NCBI GenBank assembly: GCA_036258875.1
Contig: DATACV010000280.1
Span: 1-25,640, forward strand
Source: Rubrobacteraceae bacterium
GTDB lineage: Bacteria; Actinomycetota; Rubrobacteria; Rubrobacterales; Rubrobacteraceae
Length of the DNA: 25,640 bases
Reading direction: 5' to 3'
Shown: piece after piece, positions 1 through 8,792 of the stretch
Position numbering within the stretch: the first letter of the stretch is position 1
Layout of the letters: each line of letters begins with the position of its first letter
Notes under the pieces: model-generated
Seen by the model: only the letters and a program-made list of their open reading frames with translations
The model's database searches: none
Told to the model about the DNA's origin: nothing
Made by a program: the position numbers and the translations under genes

Positions 1-449
<449 letters not shown>

Positions 450-472
450 GGTTTAGTAGCGCTATGCAGTTT

Positions 473-497
473 CCAAAGATCAGACGCAGCTCTTTGG
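473..497 (+). other. Hairpin in the 23S-5S spacer
   Basis: Perfect 7-bp inverted repeat CCAAAGA / TCTTTGG around an 11-nt loop. Confidence 0.5.
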
Positions 498-528
498 GCT
501 TCACAACCGAATACGCGCCTTTTTAGAA

Positions 529-642
<114 letters not shown>

Positions 643-772
643 TTTTTTATTGCCTGTAACCACTCTATGTCCGTCGGGTGCACCTCGCACTATGCTGCGC
701 AGGCGCGTCTCGTAGCGGCGTGATGCTGTAGCCGGGGGAAACGACACGGCAGACGGCGCAAACCGGGTTGGG

Positions 773-2872
773 GTGAGGCTGGGACATACCGGTAGCTGGG
801 AGGCCGTACCGGTCGCTGAGCCGCTCGCGGATGCGGCCGGGGCGCGGAGTATAAGGCGTCCCTGGTCGCCTGTGGTGGTACCCGGGCACTGGCAACTGGA
901 GGAGGCGTTCGCCGGCTACGAGGGTCTGGTGCTCTACCGGTGCCGCTTCACGTGGTACCCCTCGGATCACGCCATGGCGTTCCTCCTGTTCGAAGGTGTC
1001 TACTACTCGGCGCGGATCTGGTTGAACGACGTCTACGTAGGCAGTCATGAGGGATATCTCGCTCCCTTCGAGTTTGACGTTACGGACGTGCTGGTTGCCG
1101 GTGAGAACGAACTTCTGGTGGAGGTCGACAGTCCTGAGGAGAACGACGAGAACGCCCGGAAGACCGTAGGGGGGGCATGGGCGAGGTGGGACGGCATGGG
1201 CCCGCACCTCAACCCCGGAGGCATCTTCAGGGAGGTGAGCCTGGTAGAGGCCGGGCCGGTCCGCGTCAGGTACCTGGGAGCGGTCGCGGATCATGAGGGT
1301 AACGGGAGGGTCCTAGCCGAAGTCTACGCCCGGCGAGAGTCGCGGGTGAAGCTGGCGGGGCAGATACGGCCGCTGGGATTCGAGGCCCCCGGCACCGAGC
1401 TCGAGGTGGAGGTGCTGGCCTGGCCAGGGAGCAGCCGGTTCGAGGCGGCGTTCCATCTGCGCGAGCCCCGGGTGTGGTGGACGTGGGACCGGGGCGAGCA
1501 ACCGCTCTACGAGCTGGTCCTCCGGTGCGGCGAGGTCGAGGAGAGGGTGCGCTTCGGCGCGCGCAGCGTCGAGTTGCGAGACTGGGGCGTGTACCTCAAC
1601 GGCGAGCGCCTGTTTCTGCGAGGGATCAACTACCTTCCAACCGACGTCTACCCCGCGCGGGCTTCGGCGAGACGTCTGCGGGCGGATGCCTCCCTGGTGC
1701 GCGGGGCCGGCATGAACGCGGCCAGGGTCCACGCCCACGTCGCCGAGTCGGGTCTCTACGAGGCTTGCGACGAGATCGGGATCTTGCTCTTCCAGGACTT
1801 CCCCCTGCAGTGGACCCACCGCCGCAGCGTACTCGGACCCGCCGTCACGCAGGCCAAGGAGATGGCCCGAGATCTGCGCAACCATCCTTCGGTGGGGGTC
1901 TACCTGGCGCACGACGAGCCTTTCTACGTCGTGCCCCCCGAGCGATGGAGCGCTCCGAGGCTCCTGCGCACCGCTGCCGAAGTCCTCTCGCCGCGCGCGT
2001 TGCTCTGGCAGCGGCGAGTCCTCGACCCCGCGGTCGTGCGCGCGATCTCCGACGAGGACGGTTCCCGACCCGTCATAGAGGCCGCGGGCCATCCACTTAC
2101 GACGAACCACCTGTACTTCGGGTGGTACTACGGCAGGTTCAGGGACCTGGAGCGGGCCGTGAAGATCTGGCCCGGTCTCTCGCGGCTGCCGACCGAGTAC
2201 GGGGCGCAGGCGCTCCCGGATCCACAGACGCTCGAGGAGATCTGGCCCTCCGGACGAGCGCCGGACTGGGACTCCCTGTCCCTCAACTACCGCCTCCAGG
2301 TTGGGCGCATGGCGCGCTACGTGCCGTGGAGGGGGGATAGAGAGACCTTCGTCAGGGAGAGCCAGGAGTACCAGGCGGCGGTCCTGAAGCACGCTACGGA
2401 GCTTTTCAGGCGCAGCAAGTACCGTCCGACGGGCGGGGCGTTCGCGTTCATGCTCAACGACCCCGCGCCGGCCGTCACCTGGTCGGTAGTGGACTGGAGG
2501 CGTCGGCCGAAGGCCGCTTACGAGGCTCTGAAGCTGGCGATGCAGCAGGTCCTGGTCTGCGTCGAGTATCCCGAGGAGAGCTACGAGGTTGGGGCGGAGA
2601 CCTCGCTCCCCCTGTTCGTGGTCAACGATCTCCCGCGAGGGCTAGGCCGGGCGGAATTGGGCTGGGAGCTGCGTGTGGGGGATGACCTGGTGGCGGCAGA
2701 CCGGATCCGGGTGGAGATCCCGGGCGATTCGGCCGTCCGGGTCGGAGAGGTGCGCGCCAGGGTAACGGCTGCTGGGGACGCCGAGCTCCGGCTGTACCTC
2801 TCCTCAGAGGGGGTGGAGAGCGCCAACGTCTACGCGTTCAGGGTCGGTCGGCGCGCGCGTCGAGGGCCATGA
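773..2872 (+). CDS. Glycoside hydrolase family 2 (beta-mannosidase/beta-galactosidase-like), cytoplasmic
   Basis: 699 aa. GH2 sugar-binding domain (FEGVYYSARIWLNDVYVGSHEGYLAPFEFDVT, GGIFREV), TIM barrel (LNGERLFLRGINY, GMNAARVHAH, YEACDEIGILLFQDF, RNHPSV), candidate nucleophile in TEYGAQ. No signal peptide. Confidence 0.9.
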   Translation: MRLGHTGSWEAVPVAEPLADAAGARSIRRPWSPVVVPGHWQLEEAFAGYEGLVLYRCRFTWYPSDHAMAFLLFEGVYYSARIWLNDVYVGSHEGYLAPFEFDVTDVLVAGENELLVEVDSPEENDENARKTVGGAWARWDGMGPHLNPGGIFREVSLVEAGPVRVRYLGAVADHEGNGRVLAEVYARRESRVKLAGQIRPLGFEAPGTELEVEVLAWPGSSRFEAAFHLREPRVWWTWDRGEQPLYELVLRCGEVEERVRFGARSVELRDWGVYLNGERLFLRGINYLPTDVYPARASARRLRADASLVRGAGMNAARVHAHVAESGLYEACDEIGILLFQDFPLQWTHRRSVLGPAVTQAKEMARDLRNHPSVGVYLAHDEPFYVVPPERWSAPRLLRTAAEVLSPRALLWQRRVLDPAVVRAISDEDGSRPVIEAAGHPLTTNHLYFGWYYGRFRDLERAVKIWPGLSRLPTEYGAQALPDPQTLEEIWPSGRAPDWDSLSLNYRLQVGRMARYVPWRGDRETFVRESQEYQAAVLKHATELFRRSKYRPTGGAFAFMLNDPAPAVTWSVVDWRRRPKAAYEALKLAMQQVLVCVEYPEESYEVGAETSLPLFVVNDLPRGLGRAELGWELRVGDDLVAADRIRVEIPGDSAVRVGEVRARVTAAGDAELRLYLSSEGVESANVYAFRVGRRARRGP

Positions 2873-3671
2873 GCTCTGGGAGGGTGAGGAAACGGTAACC
2901 TGCCTCCCTGAGGTGCTCGATGATGTAAGGGACGGCGGCGATGGTGCGCGAACGGTCCGCTTTCGGGAAGGCGTCCGTGTCCTGGCCATCGTGCAGGAGG
3001 CTGACGCCGCCGGGGCCGATGCCGCGGAGGATGCGGTGCTGGATCTTCTCGCGCGGCGGCTTGTCCCAGTCCCAGGCCATCACGCTCCATCCCACGCACC
3101 GGAAGCCCAGGTCTTCGGCGACCGAGATGGTCTGGGGTCCGTACCAGCCGTGGGGGACGCGGAAGATATTCGGGAGGGCGCCGGTGGCATCGTGTATCGC
3201 GTCCTGGGCGCGCTCTAGCTCGTCGCGGATCGTGCGCGGCCGGCTCCAGGTGAGGTGCGGGTGGGTGAAGGAATGATTCCCTACGGCGTGGATGGAGGCG
3301 ACCTCGGCTGCCAGGCTCGGCTCGCGGACGACGTTGTTCCCCACCTGGAAGAAGGTCGCCCGGATGTCCTCCCGCTCGAGCACATCGAGGAGTTGTCCAG
3401 TGTAGGGGTGGCAAGGCCCGTCGTCGAAGGTGAGGGCGACCACGCGCTCTGTGGTGCGTGCGTGCCAGAAGACGGGGCCGTAGAGCCAGGACCTGGGCGT
3501 GAGCCACTCGTAGACCATGAGACCCCCGGCTGCGAGCCCGAGCCCGCCGGCGGCTAGGGTAGATGGGGAGAGCAAGGGGCGTCCGGTGGCGGTGCGGACG
3601 CCCGCGAGGGCCAAGCCTCCTGCGGCGAGGCCGGCGACCGCCTCCCAGGCGTGGGCGCGAGGGTGTCTCAC
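2838..3671 (-). CDS. Polysaccharide deacetylase (NodB/CE4) with N-terminal membrane anchor
   Basis: 277 aa. CE4 motifs TFDDGP, HSFTHPHL, FRVPHG, AWDW, LLHDG, with a hydrophobic N-terminal segment. GTGA overlap with the upstream glycosyltransferase. Confidence 0.92.
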   Translation of the reverse strand: MRHPRAHAWEAVAGLAAGGLALAGVRTATGRPLLSPSTLAAGGLGLAAGGLMVYEWLTPRSWLYGPVFWHARTTERVVALTFDDGPCHPYTGQLLDVLEREDIRATFFQVGNNVVREPSLAAEVASIHAVGNHSFTHPHLTWSRPRTIRDELERAQDAIHDATGALPNIFRVPHGWYGPQTISVAEDLGFRCVGWSVMAWDWDKPPREKIQHRILRGIGPGGVSLLHDGQDTDAFPKADRSRTIAAVPYIIEHLREAGYRFLTLPELMALDARADRP

Positions 3672-4801
3672 GCGGTACCGTCCAGGATCAGGGTGGCGGC
3701 CGACCGTGCCGAGTGGGGGCGGTGGGCGGTGCCGGCGGCCTCCACCAGGCGGCGTCTGTGATCCTCGCTGGTGAGGACCTTGAGCGTTTCACCCAGAATC
3801 TCTTCCGTTCTCTGGACCACGACCGCCGCGCCGTAACGGACCATGGCCGCGGCGTTGTCTTCCTCCTGGCCGGGGATCGGGTGGTAGAGGACCTGGGGCA
3901 ACTTCGAGGCCAGGGCCTCGGTGCAGCTCATGCCGCCCGGCTTGGTTACCAGCACCGTCGCGGCGGCCATCAGGTCCCTGACCCTGTCCGTGAACGCCAG
4001 GAAGGTCGCCTGATACCGTCCCGTCTGAGCGATGCGCTCCAGCCGTCTGCGCGAGCGTTCGTTCGAGCCGCAGAGCACGACGAGGTGCATCGCGGCGCTG
4101 GCTCCGAAGAGCAGCGAGACGGCGCTCTCCAGGTCTCCGCCTCCCAGGCCCCCGCCCATCACGATCACGACCGGGAGGTCGTCATCGCCGAGCTGCAGGA
4201 GATCCCGGCGCACTCCCTTCACGTCGGCGGGTTCTTCGAAGGCCGGGTCTATGGGGATGCCGGTCGGGTGGACTTTCTCCTCTGGCACCCCGAGCTTCGT
4301 CACGGTCTCCGCTGCCGTCTCGTCGGCAACGACGTAAAGGTCGAGATTCGGGGGGACCTCTATGGGGTGGGGAACGTAGTCCGTCAAGACGACGGCGGCG
4401 AACACGCTCGGGTTGCGCTTCTTGTAGGCTCCGAGGACCCCCGCGCCGTAGAAGTGCGGCGCCACAAGGGTACTTGCGCCGGTCCGCGATACGAGGCGCT
4501 CCAGCGTCCTGAGCCCGGACCTCTCCACGTACTGCTGGTAAGAGAGCTGATGGCCGCTGCCCGAGGTCCGGTAGATCCTGCCGTAAGCAGCGGGCCAGAG
4601 CTTGAGGGATTCGAGGTATGCGCTGCGGAGCAGCTGTTCGATACCGGGCGAGACCTCGCGCGGGAAATCTATGATCGAGCATGTGCGATCGGGTTCCACC
4701 AGCGAGATACCGCGGGTGAGTGCCGCGCTGGCGCGCATGTGACCGCTGCCTATGGCGCTGGAGAGGATCAGGATGTCGGCGCGCTGGGTATCTTGGTGCA
4801 C
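3668..4801 (-). CDS. GT28 / MGDG-synthase (UgtP-like) diacylglycerol glycosyltransferase
   Basis: 377 aa. SSAIGSGHMRAS, VLTDYVPHPI, TGIPID, VMGGGLG, LCGSN, VTKPGGMSCTEA and PIPGQEEDNA motifs typical of UgtP/MurG-like GT-B enzymes. Confidence 0.9.
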   Translation of the reverse strand: MHQDTQRADILILSSAIGSGHMRASAALTRGISLVEPDRTCSIIDFPREVSPGIEQLLRSAYLESLKLWPAAYGRIYRTSGSGHQLSYQQYVERSGLRTLERLVSRTGASTLVAPHFYGAGVLGAYKKRNPSVFAAVVLTDYVPHPIEVPPNLDLYVVADETAAETVTKLGVPEEKVHPTGIPIDPAFEEPADVKGVRRDLLQLGDDDLPVVIVMGGGLGGGDLESAVSLLFGASAAMHLVVLCGSNERSRRRLERIAQTGRYQATFLAFTDRVRDLMAAATVLVTKPGGMSCTEALASKLPQVLYHPIPGQEEDNAAAMVRYGAAVVVQRTEEILGETLKVLTSEDHRRRLVEAAGTAHRPHSARSAATLILDGTA

Positions 4802-4807
4802 GGCGGC

Positions 4808-4840
4808 ATTATACTGGCATGCCTCCGGGCCGGATATAAT
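4808..4840. promoter_or_regulatory. Back-to-back divergent -10 boxes for two leaderless genes
   Basis: TATAAT on the minus strand (4813-4808) lies 6 nt before GTG 4801. TATAAT on the plus strand (4835-4840) lies 6 nt before ATG 4847. Neither gene has a Shine-Dalgarno. Confidence 0.75.
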
Positions 4841-4846
4841 TCGCGG

Positions 4847-6199
4847 ATGGTCGAGCTGAGATCAGACACGTTGATCGTCTTCGTCTCGGACTCGCATATC
4901 GGGGGGGACCCGGGCTGCGACGGCTTCGAGTCGCCCGCCGAACTCGAGGCGCTCTTCGAGGAGCTGGCGGCCCGGCAGGGGCCCGTGGAGCTCATCCTGG
5001 CCGGGGACTTCTTCGACTTCCTGCAGATAGGCAAGGTTCCGTCGGGGCATGATCGGGCGTCGCTGACGATGGACCGGCCGGAGTACCGCGGCCTCTTCGC
5101 GGCGCTCGGGCGTTTCCGGGCGGCCGAGGGGAAGCGCGTGATCTATCTACCTGGGAACCACGACGCCGAGTCGTTCTGGAACCCCGAGATCCAGGAAACC
5201 CTGCAGGAGCGGGGGCTCGTCGACGAGTTCGCGTACAGATATCTCGCCGCTATCGAGGAGGGAGGGGAGCGGCGAATCGTCTACTGCGAGCACGGCAATC
5301 AGCTTGACCCGGCGAACACCGTCGAGGATTACCACGACCCCCTCGACACTCCGCTCGGACACCACGTCGTCATGGACTTCACGCGGCGGGTGGCGCCGTT
5401 CGGGAAGATATCGGGCGGGCTGGACCTGGCGGAGATAAAGATGGTCTACCCGCTGGTAGCGATACCGCGTTGGATCGCGGGCCGCTACTTCTACGACCTC
5501 CTGGGGAAGGTGGTCTCGTACCTGCTGCTGCCGCTGCTGGTGGCTTACCTCGTATACAGGGTAGCCGCTTACTTCGTGGCCGTCGGTTCCGGGTCCGGGG
5601 GATTCTTCGGGGCCGCCCGTACCTTGCCGCGGGTGCACGAGCTCTTCCTCGACATCTTCCTCTTCGGGCTCGTGATCCTGGCGATCTTCGGCGTCTTCTT
5701 CCTAGTGATCCGCCGCATGGTCCGCAAGACCGCTGAGAGCATCAGCCCCGGTGGCAGGCCGCGCTACTCGCCCGCCGAGGCTTCGCAAGAGAAGGTGCGC
5801 GCGATCCTCACGGGCGAGGCCAGGCCGCCGATGGACGCGGACCTGGACCCCACCACCGTGGACGTGTTCGTCTCGGGGCACACGCATCTCCCTTCGCTGG
5901 CCGAGGTGCAGAGGCCGGACGGGAGCCGCGCGGTGATGGTGAACTCGGGGTGCTTTCTGCGTCAGCTCCAGCCCGTCTCGCCACACCTGAAGGGCCCGCC
6001 GGTCTTCGTTTCGAAGTTCGTGCTGACCCACGTCAGGGTCTTCGTGCAGGACGGACGGCTGCACGCCGAGCTGTGGGAGCAGCCCAAGCCGGCCCGCCAG
6101 CACCTGAGCAGGATCGAAGGCCTCCTGGCGTGGGGACTCGTGCCGTCGCAGCCGCCCCCTGACGCGAAGCCGCGCCTGGTGGCTTCTGCGACCGTGTAG
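4847..6199 (+). CDS. Calcineurin-like metallophosphoesterase (LpxH-like) with two internal transmembrane helices
   Basis: 450 aa from ATG 4847. All five metallophosphoesterase motifs present: SDSHIG, AGDFFD, GNHD, EHGN, GHTH. Two hydrophobic stretches lie between motifs IV and V. Confidence 0.85.
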   Translation: MVELRSDTLIVFVSDSHIGGDPGCDGFESPAELEALFEELAARQGPVELILAGDFFDFLQIGKVPSGHDRASLTMDRPEYRGLFAALGRFRAAEGKRVIYLPGNHDAESFWNPEIQETLQERGLVDEFAYRYLAAIEEGGERRIVYCEHGNQLDPANTVEDYHDPLDTPLGHHVVMDFTRRVAPFGKISGGLDLAEIKMVYPLVAIPRWIAGRYFYDLLGKVVSYLLLPLLVAYLVYRVAAYFVAVGSGSGGFFGAARTLPRVHELFLDIFLFGLVILAIFGVFFLVIRRMVRKTAESISPGGRPRYSPAEASQEKVRAILTGEARPPMDADLDPTTVDVFVSGHTHLPSLAEVQRPDGSRAVMVNSGCFLRQLQPVSPHLKGPPVFVSKFVLTHVRVFVQDGRLHAELWEQPKPARQHLSRIEGLLAWGLVPSQPPPDAKPRLVASATV

Positions 6200-6259
6200 G
6201 ATTGGTCTCAGCCGGGAACACATACTTTTTCGACCATACATAGCCCTGTCTCTGGAGGG

Positions 6260-6661
6260 ATGCACACTTTGACTACCAACAGCGAGCTCGACGAGAACTT
6301 CGTGGCGCAGCAGAAGGAGAGGCTGGAGGGCCTCAGGGAGGAACTACTCAGGGTCTTTCGCGGCGCGGAGGACGACGAGCGGACCCGGGGCGAGAACGAG
6401 GGGGACTTTACTGAGCACGACTCCGGCGACATGAGCCGGGACATATTCGACCGCGAGGTAGACGCCACCATCGCCGAGCAGATCCAGCAGCGGCTCGAGA
6501 TCGTCGACCGGGCCCTGCAGAAGATAGAGGAGGGGACCTACGGGCTCTCCGACATCAGTGGGGAGCCGATACCGCGCGGTCGGCTCGAGGCGGTGCCCGA
6601 GGCAATCCGGACCGTCGAGGAGCAGCAACAATTCGAGCGGGAGCGCCGTCCGCCGCTGTAA
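6260..6661 (+). CDS. TraR/DksA family protein, cysteine-free (true start possibly TTG 6269)
   Basis: Coiled coil with DSGDMS tip, then ALQKIEEGTYGLSDISGEPIPRGRLEAVPEA, the DksA C-terminal signature. GGAGG at 6254-6258 is 1 nt from ATG 6260 but 10 nt from in-frame TTG 6269. Confidence 0.88.
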   Translation: MHTLTTNSELDENFVAQQKERLEGLREELLRVFRGAEDDERTRGENEGDFTEHDSGDMSRDIFDREVDATIAEQIQQRLEIVDRALQKIEEGTYGLSDISGEPIPRGRLEAVPEAIRTVEEQQQFERERRPPL

Positions 6662-6685
6662 GGACGGTTCGCGAACCGCCCCTAC
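6658..6685. repeat. REP-like 28-bp palindrome
   Basis: GTAAGGACGGTTCGCGAACCGCCCCTAC is two substitutions from the perfect palindrome GTAGGGGCGGTTCGCGAACCGCCCCTAC, and it includes the TAA stop of the DksA-like gene. Confidence 0.75.
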
Positions 6686-6720
6686 CCGCCAAGCAGGGGC
6701 TCCTTTGCCAACGGGCGGGA

Positions 6721-6726
6721 TATAAT
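6721..6726 (+). promoter_or_regulatory. -10 box, leaderless promoter of the protease-ATPase operon
   Basis: TATAAT 6 nt before ATG 6733, in the same GGATATAAT context as 4832-4840. Confidence 0.7.
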
Positions 6727-6732
6727 CTGGGC

Positions 6733-7620
6733 ATGGACCGTCCTACTTATCCCGAGGGGTTTGGCGAGGACCGGGCGCGAGAGCCCGTCTTCCGCAGTGA
6801 CCTCGAAGAACCCAGGCGTGAGCCCGAGCATGGGCGGCCCGCAGGCGAGGCGTGGAGCTGGGCAAAGCGCCTCCTCGCGCCGCTCGTGGCGGTCGGGCTC
6901 TTGCTGACGAAATTCAAGGGGTTCTTGCTGCTTTTGTTGAAGGCGAAGTTCGTAGGGACTGCCCTGACGATGGTGGTGAGCGTCGGCGCGTACGCGCTGC
7001 TGTTTCCGGTGTGGTTCGCGGTTGGGTTCGTGATCCTCATCTGGATACACGAGATGGGCCACGTACTGCAGCTGCGGCGCGAGGGGATACCGGCGTCGGC
7101 CCCGATGTTCGTGCCCTTCCTGGGGGCGTTCGTGGCGATGAAGCAGATGCCGAAGGACGCGCTGGCGGAGGCCCGCGTAGGGCTCGCCGGGCCGGTGCTC
7201 GGCTCGCTCGGGGCGCTGGGAGCCTGGGGCATCTACGAGCTCACGCAAGAGCCGTTGTTCCTGGGGCTCGCGTACGTTGGCTTCTTCCTCAACCTCTTCA
7301 ATCTTCTGCCGATGCTCCCGCTCGACGGCGGGCGCGCGGTCGGGGCGCTCTCGCCCGTGTTCTGGCTGGTCGGGCTCGTGGCCCTGGTGGCGCTCGTCGT
7401 CGTGAGCCCGAACCCGATCCTCATCCTCATCGCGCTTCTGGGCGGGATGGAGCTCTGGCGACGCTGGCGGGCGCGCAACACGCCAGAGGGACGGGCGTAC
7501 TACAAGGTAGAGCCGCAGCACCGGCTCCTGGTGGCGCTTGCGTACTTCGGCCTGATCTCGGTCCTCGTCGCGGCGATGGCCGCTACCTTCGTCGCGGACC
7601 CGGCGGCCCTGCAGGCTTGA
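6733..7620 (+). CDS. Site-2 protease (peptidase M50) intramembrane metalloprotease
   Basis: 295 aa. HEMGH zinc motif, AGP motif, NLLPMLPLDGG motif and multiple transmembrane helices. Confidence 0.92.
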   Translation: MDRPTYPEGFGEDRAREPVFRSDLEEPRREPEHGRPAGEAWSWAKRLLAPLVAVGLLLTKFKGFLLLLLKAKFVGTALTMVVSVGAYALLFPVWFAVGFVILIWIHEMGHVLQLRREGIPASAPMFVPFLGAFVAMKQMPKDALAEARVGLAGPVLGSLGALGAWGIYELTQEPLFLGLAYVGFFLNLFNLLPMLPLDGGRAVGALSPVFWLVGLVALVALVVVSPNPILILIALLGGMELWRRWRARNTPEGRAYYKVEPQHRLLVALAYFGLISVLVAAMAATFVADPAALQA

Positions 7621-8792
7621 GAACGATCCTGTATACCGGCAAGGGCGGCGTCGGCAAGACGAGCGTCGCCGCGGCTACCGCGCTCGCGGCGGCGCGTTCG
7701 GGCAGGCGGGTGCTGGTGATGAGCACCGACCCCGCGCACTCGCTCTCCGACGCCTTCGACGCGCCCGTCGGGCCGGGACCGAAGGAGATGGCCCCCGGCC
7801 TGTGGGCGCAGGAGATCGACTACACGGCGATGCTCGAGGACAACTGGGCGGAGATCCAGGCTTACATAAGCACGGTCTTCGAGTGGCAGGGCGCTAACAC
7901 CCTGGCCGCCGAGGAGCTTGCGCTGCTCCCCGGGATGGACGAGCTCTTCGGCCTTCTCATGGTGCGGCGGCATCACCGCGAGGACGACTACGACGCGCTC
8001 ATCGTGGACGCGGCGCCGACCGGAGAGACGCTCAAGCTCCTGAGCCTGCCGGACCAGATGAGCTGGTACGTCGAGAAGATCTTCCCGATCCAGCGCCGCG
8101 CAGCCAGGCTCGTCCGGCCCTTCGCCAACAGGGTGAGCTCGCTGCCGCCTTTCCCCGAGGACAGCGTCTTCGCGGCCGGCCAGAGGTTCTACGAGGCGAT
8201 AGCCGGCGTCGAGGAGATCCTCACCGACAGGGAGAACGCCTCCGTCAGGCTCGTCGTGAACGCCGAGAAGATGGTAGTCGCCGAGGCGCGCCGCGCCTAC
8301 ACCTACCTGAACCTCTACGACTACGGGGTGGACGCCGTGGTCGTGAACCGGCTCCTGCCGGACGAGATCTCCGACCCCTACTTCGACCGCTGGCGCGAGG
8401 CGCAAGAGCGCCACCTCGAGACCATAGAGGGCTCGTTCTCCCCGATCCCGCTCCTCAAGGCCCGCCTCTTCGACCGCGAGATGTACGGCCTCGACGCGCT
8501 GGGCGCGCTGGCAGGGGAGGTCTTCGATGTGTCGGACCCCCTGGCGCTGCTCTTCCGCGGCGCGACGCACGAGATAGAGAAGAACGAGGAGGGGTATGAC
8601 GTGGTGTTCAACCTGCCGCTCGCGGAGAAGAGAGAGGTAGACCTCTCCAAGCGCGGGGCCGAGCTCTACGTGCGGGTCGGCGCCTACAGACGCAACATCA
8701 TGCTCCCGGACTCGATATCCCGGCTGCACGCCGCTGGCGCGGGCATCGAAGACGGCCTGCTCAGGGTCAGGCTGCGCGATGCGGCCTCCTGA
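7617..8792 (+). CDS. ArsA/Get3-family ATPase with C-terminal HSP20-like domain
   Basis: 391 aa from TTG 7617 (TTGA overlap with the protease stop). GKGGVGKT P-loop, STDPAHSLSD switch I, DAAPTGETL switch II, VVNR. Beta-rich C-terminal tail (YDVVFNLPLAEKREVDLSKRGAELYVRVGAYRRNIMLP). No cysteine. Confidence 0.9.
   Translation: MRTILYTGKGGVGKTSVAAATALAAARSGRRVLVMSTDPAHSLSDAFDAPVGPGPKEMAPGLWAQEIDYTAMLEDNWAEIQAYISTVFEWQGANTLAAEELALLPGMDELFGLLMVRRHHREDDYDALIVDAAPTGETLKLLSLPDQMSWYVEKIFPIQRRAARLVRPFANRVSSLPPFPEDSVFAAGQRFYEAIAGVEEILTDRENASVRLVVNAEKMVVAEARRAYTYLNLYDYGVDAVVVNRLLPDEISDPYFDRWREAQERHLETIEGSFSPIPLLKARLFDREMYGLDALGALAGEVFDVSDPLALLFRGATHEIEKNEEGYDVVFNLPLAEKREVDLSKRGAELYVRVGAYRRNIMLPDSISRLHAAGAGIEDGLLRVRLRDAAS

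Noticed and set aside
3563-4846. N-terminal 428 codons of the 878-aa ORF
   Set aside because: Antisense shadow of the glycosyltransferase gene. The real protein starts at ATG 4847, after a TATAAT and just before the first metallophosphoesterase motif.
6705-6710. TTGCCA as the -35 of the protease promoter
   Set aside because: Only 10 nt from TATAAT, far short of the usual ~17.
6852-7616. N-terminal extension of the 646-aa ORF (apparent fusion to the ATPase)
   Set aside because: Off-frame Arg/Gly-rich read of the protease gene. The ATPase begins at TTG 7617.
7617-8792. Arsenic-resistance arsA
   Set aside because: No cysteines, single ATPase domain, HSP20-like tail, and no arsB, arsC, arsD or arsR nearby.
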